Shown here: positions 1-9,597 of the stretch, piece by piece
Layout of the letters: the number at the start of each line of letters is the position of its first letter
Position numbering within the stretch: position 1 is the stretch's first letter
Virus record (IMG/VR): IMGVR_UViG_3300034061_003595
Location: 1 to 35,340 of that record
Source of the DNA: a virus
Lineage: Duplodnaviria > Caudoviricetes
Length of the DNA stretch: 35,340 bases
Direction: 5' to 3' (one strand)
Notes under the pieces: generated by a model
What the model was told of the DNA's origin: nothing
Seen by the model: the letters and a program-made list of their open reading frames with translations, nothing else
Databases searched by the model: none
Position numbers and translations under genes: made by a program

Positions 1-314
1 AACGTTCAACATCATCAAGAAGATATAAAACAAATATACGTGATTACGATAAAGGTATAGAAAAAATTAAACAATTAAGACCTGTTTATTATAATGGTAT
101 TAATGATGGAACTACTCAATTTGCAGGTTTAATTGCTGAAGAAGTTCATGATGTAGGACTACAAGAATTCGTTCAATATAATGAAGACAATCTACCGGAA
201 TCATTAGCTTATACTCACATGAATGCTTTATTAATTAAAACAATTCAAGAACAACAACAAATAATCGAACAATTACAATCTAGGATTGAATTGCTAGAAA
301 GTAAGGTGAACTAA
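1..314 (+). CDS. C-terminal part of tail fibre: intramolecular chaperone (peptidase S74-like) domain; continues 33690..35340
   Basis: Frame 3 reads RSTSSRRYKTNIRDYDKGIEKIKQLRPVYY...AGLIAEEV...LLIKTIQEQQQIIEQLQSRIELLESKVN*. This has the S-x-R-x-K, LRPV and GLIAEEV motifs plus a terminal coiled coil. Stop TAA at 312-314. Confidence 0.9.
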   Translation, partial: RSTSSRRYKTNIRDYDKGIEKIKQLRPVYYNGINDGTTQFAGLIAEEVHDVGLQEFVQYNEDNLPESLAYTHMNALLIKTIQEQQQIIEQLQSRIELLESKVN

Positions 315-315
315 T

Positions 316-1905
316 ATGGCAACTATATATGATATTATGAATTCTAACACAGGAAGAATGACACAAAAAATGGGCGGAACACCTATATCTACACCTACTA
401 TGAACCCAACAAATATAAATTACGGAACAGTATTAACAGGTGCACAATCAGGAATTCAACCAACTACAACTAAAACAAAAAAATCAACAGACCCATTCAA
501 AGCAGCTAGAGAAAAAGCACTTAATATGACAACTGAAGAAAAACAAAATTTATTCAAAAAAGGAAAAACGGGAAATAAAAAGATTGATAAAGCTCTAAAA
601 GATATTGAAGAAGAAAATCCTACTATGGCAGGTATATTCGCTGATTACGTTAAAAAAAGCGGAGTAGGAGTAAAACCATTAGTAACACCTATCGATACAA
701 CACCTGCTTCAGTACCAGTAGTACCTTCAACAATAACTACACCTGGATTAGAACCTACTTCTGCTGCTTTAATAGAAGCACAAGGTGCTATTAAACCTGA
801 AGTAAAACCTGTAAAAGTAGATGTAACAGAAGGAAAACCCGCAGAAGAAAAAGCAGATGAAATAACTGATGGAAAAAAAGATATTACAAAAGATGAATCC
901 GATAAAATAAAAACAGATTTAGATAATCAAGAAGCAGAAGCATTAGATAAAGCAACCACACCAGAACAAAAAAATGATATTATGGAATATTTCAATAAAC
1001 TTCAAAATGAAATTACAAAAAGAACTATTTCTCAATTAAAAGCAGGAAAAGAACAAGCATTGATTAGTTTAGGTCAAGCACAAGCAGCATTAGCTCCACA
1101 ATACGAATCACAAAGAGCGAGAGCAGCTACACAATCTATGCAACAAGCTCGTAACTTTGGCGAATACTTAGCAGCTAGAGGTCAATCGACAAGTGGTCTA
1201 GCAGCACAAGCTGAATTAACTCGTGGTGCAGGTTTAACTCGTCAACTTGGTGAAATTGGTCAACAACAACAATCAGCACAAGACCAATTAAATGCAAATA
1301 AAGCTAAGATTCAATCCGACTTCCAACTTGCTATTGCTAATGCTAAGTCTGATGCAGAAATTGCTAAACTCAATGAAGCATTCCGACAAGCTGTTAAGCA
1401 AGAAGAGAGAGCATACAACGAAAAAATAACAGCAGATAATAGAGCGTATGCAGCAAAATTATTGGCAGAAGATAAAGAATATCAAGACATGCTATTCAAA
1501 AGAAATAGAGCAATAGAATTAGGAGATAGAGCAGCTGCACAAGAATACGAAAAACAAATGATTGACTATAAAGCACAAGTGGAAATAGGTGTAGCCCGTC
1601 AAAGAGCAGCTTTAGAACCGACAAAACCAACTGAATATAATTATGCTACTGACCCTGATTTTGCAGAAGTTTATAATCAAATAACATCAGGTGAAATTCT
1701 TGAATACAGAAGTGCACAAGACGTAGGATTGCCTGGAAGAAGAACCCCTATTAAAACAGACCCTCAAACTATTTATAATAAAATATTATCTGATAGAATA
1801 AATTTAACTAATGCTTTTGGAGAAGAAGGTTATAAAATTTTATTAGATACAGCTAAAGAGCTAATACCAAAAAATACAACTTTGCCTGAATTAAAAACGA
1901 TTTAA
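316..1905 (+). CDS. Putative internal virion/DNA ejection protein
   Basis: 529 aa, Ala/Gln-rich helical region (YLAARGQSTSGLAAQAE). Lies between the fibre and the large LPD38 protein, as in podoviruses. Confidence 0.65.
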   Translation: MATIYDIMNSNTGRMTQKMGGTPISTPTMNPTNINYGTVLTGAQSGIQPTTTKTKKSTDPFKAAREKALNMTTEEKQNLFKKGKTGNKKIDKALKDIEEENPTMAGIFADYVKKSGVGVKPLVTPIDTTPASVPVVPSTITTPGLEPTSAALIEAQGAIKPEVKPVKVDVTEGKPAEEKADEITDGKKDITKDESDKIKTDLDNQEAEALDKATTPEQKNDIMEYFNKLQNEITKRTISQLKAGKEQALISLGQAQAALAPQYESQRARAATQSMQQARNFGEYLAARGQSTSGLAAQAELTRGAGLTRQLGEIGQQQQSAQDQLNANKAKIQSDFQLAIANAKSDAEIAKLNEAFRQAVKQEERAYNEKITADNRAYAAKLLAEDKEYQDMLFKRNRAIELGDRAAAQEYEKQMIDYKAQVEIGVARQRAALEPTKPTEYNYATDPDFAEVYNQITSGEILEYRSAQDVGLPGRRTPIKTDPQTIYNKILSDRINLTNAFGEEGYKILLDTAKELIPKNTTLPELKTI

Positions 1906-1946
1906 ATACAAGAAATATAAATATCAATCAATAAAGTGGTGATAAA

Positions 1947-4900
1947 ATGCCTTATACGTTTGGATATGGACAACAAAAAACAAAACCACAAGAAGATGTA
2001 AGAAATATTGCAGGTACTTTAAATAGAGGATTTACACAAGAATATAAAACAACACCAACAAAACCAACAATAACACAAAAAACTACTAGTTTAATTCCTA
2101 AATCAGTTTTGAAGGGGTTTAATTCTGATAGCCCATTGGTTAAAGCACCATTATTACCTGTAATCTCTAAAGTTGTTCCTACAGGTTTTGGTGAAGAAAC
2201 AGATAGACTTAGAAAAAGATTTTTAGATAGTGCATCTTTTGGGATAACTGGAGAAGCAGATACTTCACTTGGTAAAGATATTTCATATAGAGATGGAAGA
2301 AGTTTTAAAGATGATGCTTTAGGTGCGTCATTAGACTTAGCAGCTACTTTAGCAGGTTATGCTATACCTGGTTTGGGTTGGGCAAAAGCAGCTAAAGCTA
2401 TTGGTGTAGGAGCAAAAGCTATTCCAAAATTAATACAAGGTGCAACTAAATCACAACAAGCAGCTAGAATTGGTAAAATCGCAGGACAACAAGCAAAAGA
2501 AGGTTTGGCAGTTGGTGCTGCTATTGGAGCTAGTGAAGTTGCTGTAAGAGAAGCTATAAATCCCGACAATTATTCTGCTAAAGATAATATTGGTAAGATT
2601 GCTATAGATACATTAGGCGGTGCTTTTTTAGACCCAATTGCTTATGGTGGATTTAAAGGTGCTAGTAAATTATTATCAAAAATAAAAAAACAACCAGAAG
2701 CAGAACAAGTTATTCAAGAAGTAGAAAATCTAAAAAAAGTACCAGAAGTTTCAACTGAAATTAGAAACGTAAACGAAGGAACTGAAACAGTAAAAGATGT
2801 AGCTTTTAAATTAGACCCCACTATAAAGTTACCTACTATTTCCAGAAAACCAGTTTCTAGAATAGAATTTGTTGTAAAAGAAGGAAAAAAGTACAATAAA
2901 AAGTTTTTAGATAAAAACGCTAAAAAGATAAAAGTGCAAGATAAATCTTTCTATGAATTAAAAGTCAATGAAAATGATTTTAGATTAATTGAAAGAGAAA
3001 ATTTTAGAGAATTTATTAATGCAAAAACACCTGAAGAATTAACATTAAAAGCGAATGAAAAAATTGATTTACAAAAAGAAAAAATAAAAACAGAAGAAGA
3101 AATAGAAAGATTATTTTTAAATGAAGAACAAATTAACAAAATACAAGAAATTAAATCTGAAACCAAAAGTTTGCAAAATTTTAGACAAATTCGAACATTT
3201 TTAACTAGACAAGAAAAAGATTCTTATTCAAAAGGTTTAGGAATTCAACAATCAGCTAAAATTAGAGATGTAACACAAGGTGATTATTTAATTCCTGTGC
3301 CAGGCGGATTAACAACTAAAGAACTAGATAAAAAAGTAAAATCTTTTTTAGCAATTAGAAATAATGATAAAGTTAAAGTTGACAACAAAGAAGCCATAGT
3401 TAAATCTACAGGTTACGGAAACGCAAATGTTGAATTTAAAGATGGAACAACTAAACAAGTCCCAATTTCTTCTATAAGCAAAGAAGCAGATTTAAAGAAA
3501 ATCCAAACACAACAAAATAAAAAGATAAATCAAATTAACAAAAAGCGTCAAAAAATGATGGATTCTTTATCTATAAAACCAAAAGAAGAAGTAAAACTAA
3601 GAACAAAATCTTTACCAACCAAACAATTTAAAAACATACTTCAAAAAGGATTAGCAAAAGGAGATTTAGTAAAACCAGTAAAAAGCAAAAACAAAAGAGA
3701 GCAAAATAAAGACTTCTTTAAAAGGGTCGATGAAGAATTTAAAACAACAAAAAATGCACCTAGTGTAGAAGAACTTGCTGATATGCCTATTAAATCAGAA
3801 GTAGCTATTGCTAAAACTGACTTTAAAGATTCTATTGAAATCGCAGCTAAAAAACTTGATACAAATTTTATAGACCAATTTAGTCCATTGAATAGATTAG
3901 ACCCAGATATACACATGTCAAAAGCAGATACCGTTCGTGCAAACAACTTAACAAATGAATCCATATATGGAGAAAATCAAGTCGATATAAATGGTAATGT
4001 TGTAGGTAGAAGCCTAGAAAAGATTTATGAATCTTCCGGAAATGCAGAAGAATTTTCTAAATATTTAATTTATAGACAGGCGATTAGCAAAGGAGAAAAA
4101 GGCGACTTAGTTTTTTCAAAAGAAAAAACAGAGGGTCTTGGTTTAACTCCTGAAAAAATGAAGGAAGTCGTAAAACAATTAGAAAAGAAATATCCTAAGT
4201 TTATAAAAGCAGGAAAAGAATGGAATGGGTATTTTGCTAATTTAAGAAAAATGATGTTAGAAGAAGGAAATTGGACATCTGACTTTATTTCTAAATTAGA
4301 AACTAGTTACCCCAATTACACGCCTTTATTCAGAGATTATGATGAAAAAACAAGAATAGCTATCAACAAGAAATCTGTATTTGGTGGTTCTGAAAGAGAT
4401 GTAATTGACCCTTATATTTCAAGTATAGAATTAACAAGACTTTTCAATAACTTTATGCTACACAATCGAACAAATAGAGAACTTTTAAAAAGAGTTAGAG
4501 AAAATCCTGAATCTTATAAAGAACTTGGGATAGAATTAGATACATCTGTTAAAATGAATGAAGAAGAAGTAGGATTAAATATTGTTGAAGAATTATCTAA
4601 TTTTGAAAAACAATTAAAAACAGAAGAAATAAATAAAGAAAATTTCATTACTGCTTTTGAAAATGGCAAGAAAATTAAAATCATAATAAAAGACCCTGAA
4701 ATTTTCCAAGCATTTGCTTCAATCCCTCAACAATCGCAAGGTATACTGCTAAGAGGTGTAGAGTCTCTAACTAAAGCCACTAAAATGGCTGCGACTGGTA
4801 CACTTGCTCCTATTTGGGCAACAAAAGGTGCAGTGATGGATATTTCAAGAGCTTTGTTAAACGCAGAAGATCCTGTCATGCATTTAGGTTTAGTTGGGAA

Positions 4901-6311
4901 AGCTTTGTTTTCTTCATTAGCAAGAAACGCAAAAGTTGGTAAGAATTTAAGGAAAATGGCAGATAATTTCTTTAATGCAGGTGGGGGTTTTAGTGGTGCT
5001 TTGCGAACAGCACCTGAAGCTAGACTTCCTGAAAGTAAATTAGGGAAAAAATTTAGAAAAATAAACCCATTAAACGAAAGGTCTTATGCACAACAATACA
5101 ATGATTTATTTGAAAACATAAATCGTATTGCTGCATATGATGCTAAAATCAGAAAACTTACTGGTGGAAAAAGACCTCCAACACCAAAAGAAGTAACATT
5201 AGCTATGAAGTATGCAAGAGAAATTACTACAGATTACACAGTAAGAGGAAAAATAGCTAGAAAATTAGAAAAAGGTTTCCCATATACAACTGCTTCAATT
5301 GCGGGAACAACACAAATATTAAAATCAATGAAGAAAAATCCAGTCAAAGCTATGGCATTAATCGGAATTGGAGCTATGTTACCTGCATTACAAGAACAAG
5401 CGAGATTTGGAAATGATGAAGATTACAAAAATTTACCGAACAGAGAAAAGTACAGAAATTTAATTATTGGAAAAACAGCAGAAGGTAAATTCATCAAGAT
5501 TCCGATTGACCCTCAAATCGCTTTCTTAAAAGAAATTACAAATCAAATCCTAAGTGCTTATAAACAACAAGATAAGGAAACTTTTGATGGTGCAATGGAA
5601 GAATTACTTAACTCTTATGCACCCCCACCTCTTGCAGGTGTTTTAAAAACATTCACTACTAAAGAAGGTATTGCAGGTGGGGTTATAGGTGGATTAAGAG
5701 CAACTTCATTATCTCCTGTAGTATCTGTACTTACTAATAAAACATTTACAGGTTCTCCGATTGAATCACTAGAATATCAACTATCACCATTAAGACCTGG
5801 TTTGCGTTATGATGAAAAAACTTCTGGTATCGCAAAGAAAATTGGAGAATACACTAACTTTTCTCCAATGAAAGTTGATTATATTATTAAAAACTACTCA
5901 GGAGATATTGGTAGAGTTTTATTACCATTAACTTCAGACGTAGGTAGTATTAGGTCAGAAGAATTTTTAAAGAATTTCTTAACAGACCCAACATTCACAA
6001 ACACTTTAAACGTTCAATTTTATAAAGGTAGAGATAATTTAAAAAGTGCAAGAGCTGAATATACTGAATTAAAAAAAGAGCCACCTAAATGGTATAACGA
6101 GAGGTTATATCAAGCCATAAATTCGCAAGCAAATGGCTCAGTTAACAAAAGATTGTCTTATCTAAATCAATTAAAAAGAGCAACATCATTAGATAAAAAC
6201 CTAACTGCTTCACAAAGAAAAGACAAGATAAGAGATATTCAAAGAGCAATAAATGAAATATATTTAGATTGGAACACAATAATGAAAAAGTATGGAGTTC
6301 CTGTAAAGTAG
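1947..6311 (+). CDS. Large internal virion (ejection) protein with C-terminal LPD38-like domain
   Basis: 1454 aa. N-terminal Gly/Ala-rich helices. The C-terminal DEDYKNLPNREKYRNLII...FIKIP...NKTFTGSPI...SPMKVDYII segment resembles large polyvalent protein domain 38. Confidence 0.75.
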   Translation: MPYTFGYGQQKTKPQEDVRNIAGTLNRGFTQEYKTTPTKPTITQKTTSLIPKSVLKGFNSDSPLVKAPLLPVISKVVPTGFGEETDRLRKRFLDSASFGITGEADTSLGKDISYRDGRSFKDDALGASLDLAATLAGYAIPGLGWAKAAKAIGVGAKAIPKLIQGATKSQQAARIGKIAGQQAKEGLAVGAAIGASEVAVREAINPDNYSAKDNIGKIAIDTLGGAFLDPIAYGGFKGASKLLSKIKKQPEAEQVIQEVENLKKVPEVSTEIRNVNEGTETVKDVAFKLDPTIKLPTISRKPVSRIEFVVKEGKKYNKKFLDKNAKKIKVQDKSFYELKVNENDFRLIERENFREFINAKTPEELTLKANEKIDLQKEKIKTEEEIERLFLNEEQINKIQEIKSETKSLQNFRQIRTFLTRQEKDSYSKGLGIQQSAKIRDVTQGDYLIPVPGGLTTKELDKKVKSFLAIRNNDKVKVDNKEAIVKSTGYGNANVEFKDGTTKQVPISSISKEADLKKIQTQQNKKINQINKKRQKMMDSLSIKPKEEVKLRTKSLPTKQFKNILQKGLAKGDLVKPVKSKNKREQNKDFFKRVDEEFKTTKNAPSVEELADMPIKSEVAIAKTDFKDSIEIAAKKLDTNFIDQFSPLNRLDPDIHMSKADTVRANNLTNESIYGENQVDINGNVVGRSLEKIYESSGNAEEFSKYLIYRQAISKGEKGDLVFSKEKTEGLGLTPEKMKEVVKQLEKKYPKFIKAGKEWNGYFANLRKMMLEEGNWTSDFISKLETSYPNYTPLFRDYDEKTRIAINKKSVFGGSERDVIDPYISSIELTRLFNNFMLHNRTNRELLKRVRENPESYKELGIELDTSVKMNEEEVGLNIVEELSNFEKQLKTEEINKENFITAFENGKKIKIIIKDPEIFQAFASIPQQSQGILLRGVESLTKATKMAATGTLAPIWATKGAVMDISRALLNAEDPVMHLGLVGKALFSSLARNAKVGKNLRKMADNFFNAGGGFSGALRTAPEARLPESKLGKKFRKINPLNERSYAQQYNDLFENINRIAAYDAKIRKLTGGKRPPTPKEVTLAMKYAREITTDYTVRGKIARKLEKGFPYTTASIAGTTQILKSMKKNPVKAMALIGIGAMLPALQEQARFGNDEDYKNLPNREKYRNLIIGKTAEGKFIKIPIDPQIAFLKEITNQILSAYKQQDKETFDGAMEELLNSYAPPPLAGVLKTFTTKEGIAGGVIGGLRATSLSPVVSVLTNKTFTGSPIESLEYQLSPLRPGLRYDEKTSGIAKKIGEYTNFSPMKVDYIIKNYSGDIGRVLLPLTSDVGSIRSEEFLKNFLTDPTFTNTLNVQFYKGRDNLKSARAEYTELKKEPPKWYNERLYQAINSQANGSVNKRLSYLNQLKRATSLDKNLTASQRKDKIRDIQRAINEIYLDWNTIMKKYGVPVK

Positions 6312-6322
6312 GGGGAATAATT

Positions 6323-6547
6323 GTGGATATAAATCAAGAAATACTTCAAAGACTCACTAGAGTAGAAACAAAATTAGATATGATTGCATCTGCTAAAGAA
6401 ACTTCTATAGAGGCACTTCAACTAGCTAGAGATGCACATCAAAAAATAGAGAAGCTAGAAAGAGTAGTATTTTGGGCATCTACCACTATCATCGGTGGTG
6501 GATTCCTAAGCTTTGTCACATTGTTTGTGAAGGGGGTAGCAAACTAG
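6323..6547 (+). CDS. xhlA: XhlA-family holin-like/hemolysin protein
   Basis: GTG start at 6323 after RBS AGGGGG. EILQRLTRVETKLD coiled coil followed by a C-terminal TM helix. First gene of the lysis cassette. Confidence 0.75.
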   Translation: MDINQEILQRLTRVETKLDMIASAKETSIEALQLARDAHQKIEKLERVVFWASTTIIGGGFLSFVTLFVKGVAN

Positions 6548-6569
6548 TCCCTTCAAGAGAGGAGAAAAA

Positions 6570-6959
6570 ATGAAGAAAATTATTTTAGTAATGGTTATTT
6601 TTTCGTTCATATTGTCTGGGTGTTCTGAAATCGGATTTACTCGATACGCATGTCAAGAATTTGCTAATTGGGATAATTCGGAGTGTAATCCACCTAAATG
6701 TTATCAGGACTACACTTGTACAAAAGATTTATTTCCGGAAGAATTTTGGCAGAGATTAGAGCAAGAACAAAAACTTCCACCTTGGATAGATAAAAATTAT
6801 AATCAATATGTGATTGACCAAAATTACAGATACATTTATTCCTTATTCACTTCTGATTACTTCATGCAAGAAAACATCAAGAAAGATGCAGAAAGATTGG
6901 GATATTTATTAATACCAAGCAAATACTTAGGAGGTTACCAAAATGAAGAACAGGTATAA
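6570..6959 (+). CDS. Cys-rich lipoprotein in lysis cassette
   Basis: Signal peptide MKKIILVMVIFSFILSG-C with lipobox LSGC, then four more Cys (YACQEFANWDNSECNPPKCYQDYTC). RBS GAGGAG. Confidence 0.75.
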   Translation: MKKIILVMVIFSFILSGCSEIGFTRYACQEFANWDNSECNPPKCYQDYTCTKDLFPEEFWQRLEQEQKLPPWIDKNYNQYVIDQNYRYIYSLFTSDYFMQENIKKDAERLGYLLIPSKYLGGYQNEEQV

Positions 6960-7209
6960 TGATTTATTGATTTTCATCATCGGTGTTACACTTACATTAG
7001 TTTTCGGTGGTATTGTATTTTCTTTATTGTTTGGTCTTTTGTTTGTTGAGCAACCTATGGAGCAATCGCCTAACGATGCAGCTTTCATTGACCTCGTAAC
7101 AACACTAGCGACATTTTTAACTGGTTCACTCGGTGGATTCCTAGCAGCAAACAGTATTAAAAAGGATGAGCCGAAAGAAGAACCGCCAAGTAATGATATG
7201 CCTATTTAG
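6943..7209 (+). CDS. Two-TM membrane protein overlapping the lipoprotein gene
   Basis: Two hydrophobic helices flank the loop QPMEQSPNDAAFIDL. RBS GGAGG. Confidence 0.75.
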   Translation: MKNRYNDLLIFIIGVTLTLVFGGIVFSLLFGLLFVEQPMEQSPNDAAFIDLVTTLATFLTGSLGGFLAANSIKKDEPKEEPPSNDMPI

Positions 7210-7220
7210 GAGGATTATTT

Positions 7221-7808
7221 ATGGGACACTTTGATGGTTATCGCATAACTTCGCAATATGGGAACAGAATTTCACCTATTAGCAAACAACCTGAAAAACA
7301 TACAGGAATTGACTTAGCAAAAGCACATCAAGGTGATATATTTGCTTTCGTTGAAGGTAATTGTGTACATGCTTCTTTTGCACAATCAGGAACAGGATTA
7401 GGTGGTTTCGGTTATACTGTTTGTATAGTCGATAAGAATGGACATTTACATCTGTATGGTCATTTAGACTCGTGTTGCGTTAATGCAAACGATAAGATTA
7501 AAAAAGGTCAATTGATTGGAAAACAAGGTAATACTGGTCAATCTGCAGGTTCACATCTTCATTATGAGATTCGCTCTCAATCATCTCCAAGTTACGGATG
7601 GAGAATGGATGTAGACCCAACTGCATACTTAGATAAGTATTATGCACAAGAACCTAAACCTGCACCTGTAAAAGTTTCTAACGATTGGAAAGAAGCGGGA
7701 CTAAAGTTTTTACAGGAGGAATATGGCATTGATAAAAAATGGAAAGCAACCGATGAAATTGACTTTGGGACTCTCGGTGCAATTCTATCAAAAAAGAAAG
7801 GTGACTAA
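7221..7808 (+). CDS. Endolysin, M23 family metallopeptidase
   Basis: M23 motifs HTGID (HxxxD), YGHL and HLHYE (HxH). Adjacent to holin. Confidence 0.9.
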   Translation: MGHFDGYRITSQYGNRISPISKQPEKHTGIDLAKAHQGDIFAFVEGNCVHASFAQSGTGLGGFGYTVCIVDKNGHLHLYGHLDSCCVNANDKIKKGQLIGKQGNTGQSAGSHLHYEIRSQSSPSYGWRMDVDPTAYLDKYYAQEPKPAPVKVSNDWKEAGLKFLQEEYGIDKKWKATDEIDFGTLGAILSKKKGD

Positions 7809-7809
7809 T

Positions 7810-8010
7810 ATGAAAAATAGATTAAAAAATTATGGTCTTTGGATTTCAGTTGCTTCATTCGCATTCATGGTTTTGCAAAATACAGGAGTACAAATCACAC
7901 CAGAATCTTGGGACTTGTATGTTAATTCAATTTTAGGTATATTTATACTGTTAGGAATCGTCAATAACCCAACAACTGATAACCCTGGTTTTGGTGATGA
8001 CAAGGAGTGA
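7810..8010 (+). CDS. Holin (two TM helices)
   Basis: MKNRLKNYGLWISVASF...LLGIVNNPTT, typical of Firmicutes phage holins. ATG at 7810 after AAAGGTG. Confidence 0.85.
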   Translation: MKNRLKNYGLWISVASFAFMVLQNTGVQITPESWDLYVNSILGIFILLGIVNNPTTDNPGFGDDKE

Positions 8011-8014
8011 AATT

Positions 8015-8389
8015 ATGTTAGACAGACACAAAAGATTTGCAGAAGAATATTCAATTCATTTAAATGGTGCTGCTGCTTACAAAGCGGTTTATCCGAATGT
8101 TTCTGATGATTCCGCTTCTTCAAATGCTTACAAACTTTTAGAAAGAGAAGATATTCAACAAGAAATCACAAGACTACAAGAGGAAAGGTCAAAGAGATTA
8201 ATGTGGTCTACTGATCAAATCCTTGAACAAATTAGAGATATAGCGACATCGAATAAAACATCTACTAGCGAAAAGTTAAAAGCATTAGAGATTGCAGCTA
8301 AGTCATTGGGCATGTTCAGAGATAAAGTTGAACATTCTGGTAATGTTTCAATTGTCTTAGGTCAAACTGTAGAGGATTGGTCTGAATGA
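8015..8389 (+). CDS. terS: Terminase small subunit
   Basis: HKRFAEEYSIHLNGAAAYKAVY...ASSNAYKLL...KLKALEIAAKSLGMFRDKVEHSG fits the Terminase_2 pattern. ATG at 8015 after AAGGAG. Confidence 0.88.
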   Translation: MLDRHKRFAEEYSIHLNGAAAYKAVYPNVSDDSASSNAYKLLEREDIQQEITRLQEERSKRLMWSTDQILEQIRDIATSNKTSTSEKLKALEIAAKSLGMFRDKVEHSGNVSIVLGQTVEDWSE

Positions 8390-8694
8390 AAACCCCTGCA
8401 TGGCAACGTAAAGAAGGAAAGAATCCAAAAGGTGGACTCAACGCAAAGGGTAGAGCCTCCTACAACGCTTCAGGTGGCAATTTAAAGCCTCCTGTTAAGA
8501 GTGGGGATAATCCTAGGAGAGCATCATTCTTAGCTAGAATGAGCGGTAATACCGGACCGGAAAGAAAGCCGAATGGAGAACCCACACGTTTGTTGTTAAG
8601 CCTTCAAGCGTGGGGTGCATCTTCTAAAGCTGATGCAAAAGCAAAAGCTAAGGCAATGTCTGCTAGATTAAAATCTAAAAAAGAAGGTAAATGA
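8386..8694 (+). CDS. Small basic phage protein (DUF6321-like)
   Basis: TPAWQRKEGKNPKGGLNAKGRASYN...NPRRASFLARM motif. ATGA overlap with terS. Confidence 0.7.
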   Translation: MKTPAWQRKEGKNPKGGLNAKGRASYNASGGNLKPPVKSGDNPRRASFLARMSGNTGPERKPNGEPTRLLLSLQAWGASSKADAKAKAKAMSARLKSKKEGK

Positions 8695-8695
8695 T

Positions 8696-9088
8696 ATGTA
8701 CACCAAACCTTCGTTACGAGAATCAATAAAAGATAGAATTATGTCAGGAAGTAAAGGTGGAAACCCTGGTCAATGGTCTGCACGAAAAGCACAGTTACTT
8801 GCTTTGGAATATAAAAAAGCAGGTGGTGGATACACAGGTGCTAAGAAAAGTCCACAGAAATCTTTGGATAAATGGACTAGCGAGAAGTGGACTACGAAAT
8901 CAGGGAAACCATCTACACAAGGAAAAGAAGCGACAGGTGAGCGTTACCTTCCTAAGAAAGCAATTCAATCTTTGAGTAGTTCTGAATACGCAAGGACAAC
9001 AAAAGCAAAAAGAGAAGGTATTGCAAAAGGTAAGCAGTTTGTTTCTCAACCTAAAAAGATTGCAGAAAAAACTAAAAAGTTCAGGTGA
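8696..9088 (+). CDS. Small basic phage protein (DUF5872-like)
   Basis: YTKPSLRE...GSKGGNPGQWSARKAQLLALEYKKAGGGY...TGERYLP motif. Confidence 0.7.
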   Translation: MYTKPSLRESIKDRIMSGSKGGNPGQWSARKAQLLALEYKKAGGGYTGAKKSPQKSLDKWTSEKWTTKSGKPSTQGKEATGERYLPKKAIQSLSSSEYARTTKAKREGIAKGKQFVSQPKKIAEKTKKFR

Positions 9089-9092
9089 TAAT

Positions 9093-9146
9093 ATGTCAAG
9101 ACGTGATGACCGCAGACGAGATGACGATGAAGTTGGAGGTAAGTGA
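9093..9146 (+). CDS. Possible 17-aa charged micro-peptide MSRRDDRRRDDDEVGGK
   Basis: RBS-like AGGTGA precedes ATG at 9093. It fills the gap between two genes, and its 3' end carries the next gene's GGAGGT. Confidence 0.35.
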   Translation: MSRRDDRRRDDDEVGGK

Positions 9147-9147
9147 T

Positions 9148-9426
9148 TTGAAAAATATGGTTCCACAAGGTTATCATAAAATGCCTGGAGGCAAACTGAT
9201 GAAAAACTCAGAACACGAAAGAAAAGAAGGCAAGAAAGAACGAATGATGGAATACGGAAGCACAAAGAAAACAAAAGCAGAAAAGAAGATGTCAAAGGTC
9301 ATGAAAGAATATAAAGCAGGTGAACTAAACATTGGCAAAAGTAAAAAGATGGTCAAGAATCCGAAACAAGCTATTGCGATTGGTTTATCGGTTAGTGGTA
9401 TGAGTAAAAAGAAAGGAGGGAAATAA
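9148..9426 (+). CDS. Small Lys/Met-rich protein with DUF6496-like C-terminus
   Basis: TTG at 9148 after GGAGGT. KVMKEYKAGELNIGKSKKMVKNPKQAIAIGLS motif. Confidence 0.7.
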   Translation: MKNMVPQGYHKMPGGKLMKNSEHERKEGKKERMMEYGSTKKTKAEKKMSKVMKEYKAGELNIGKSKKMVKNPKQAIAIGLSVSGMSKKKGGK

Positions 9427-9427
9427 T

Positions 9428-9568
9428 ATGCCAGGACACTACGGGATGAAAATGACAAAGAAAACAGTAAAGAAATCACCAAGCAATGCAATTATGGCAG
9501 TTGGTAAATCAAGCAAAGCAGTTAAATTACCAGGAATGCCAAAGAAAGCTAAGCCTAAAATGATGTAA
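9428..9568 (+). CDS. 46-aa Lys/Met-rich peptide (not in ORF track)
   Basis: MPGHYGMKMTKKTVKKSPSNAIMAVGKSSKAVKLPGMPKKAKPKMM*. RBS AAAGGAGG. Ends just before the terminator. Confidence 0.7.
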   Translation: MPGHYGMKMTKKTVKKSPSNAIMAVGKSSKAVKLPGMPKKAKPKMM

Positions 9569-9597
9569 AAAAAGAAGGAGCGAAAGCTCCTTTTTTA
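9567..9597. terminator. Bidirectional intrinsic terminator between convergent late and replication operons
   Basis: A-run, stem AAGGAGC-GAAA-GCTCCTT (9575-9592), T-run. Confidence 0.88.

Noticed and set aside
2357-3964. Minus-strand ORFs inside the 1454-aa gene
   Set aside because: Antisense shadows of a biased-codon gene with no recognisable motifs. The same applies to 8900-9491, 26141-27907, 29395-31089 and 34253-34600.
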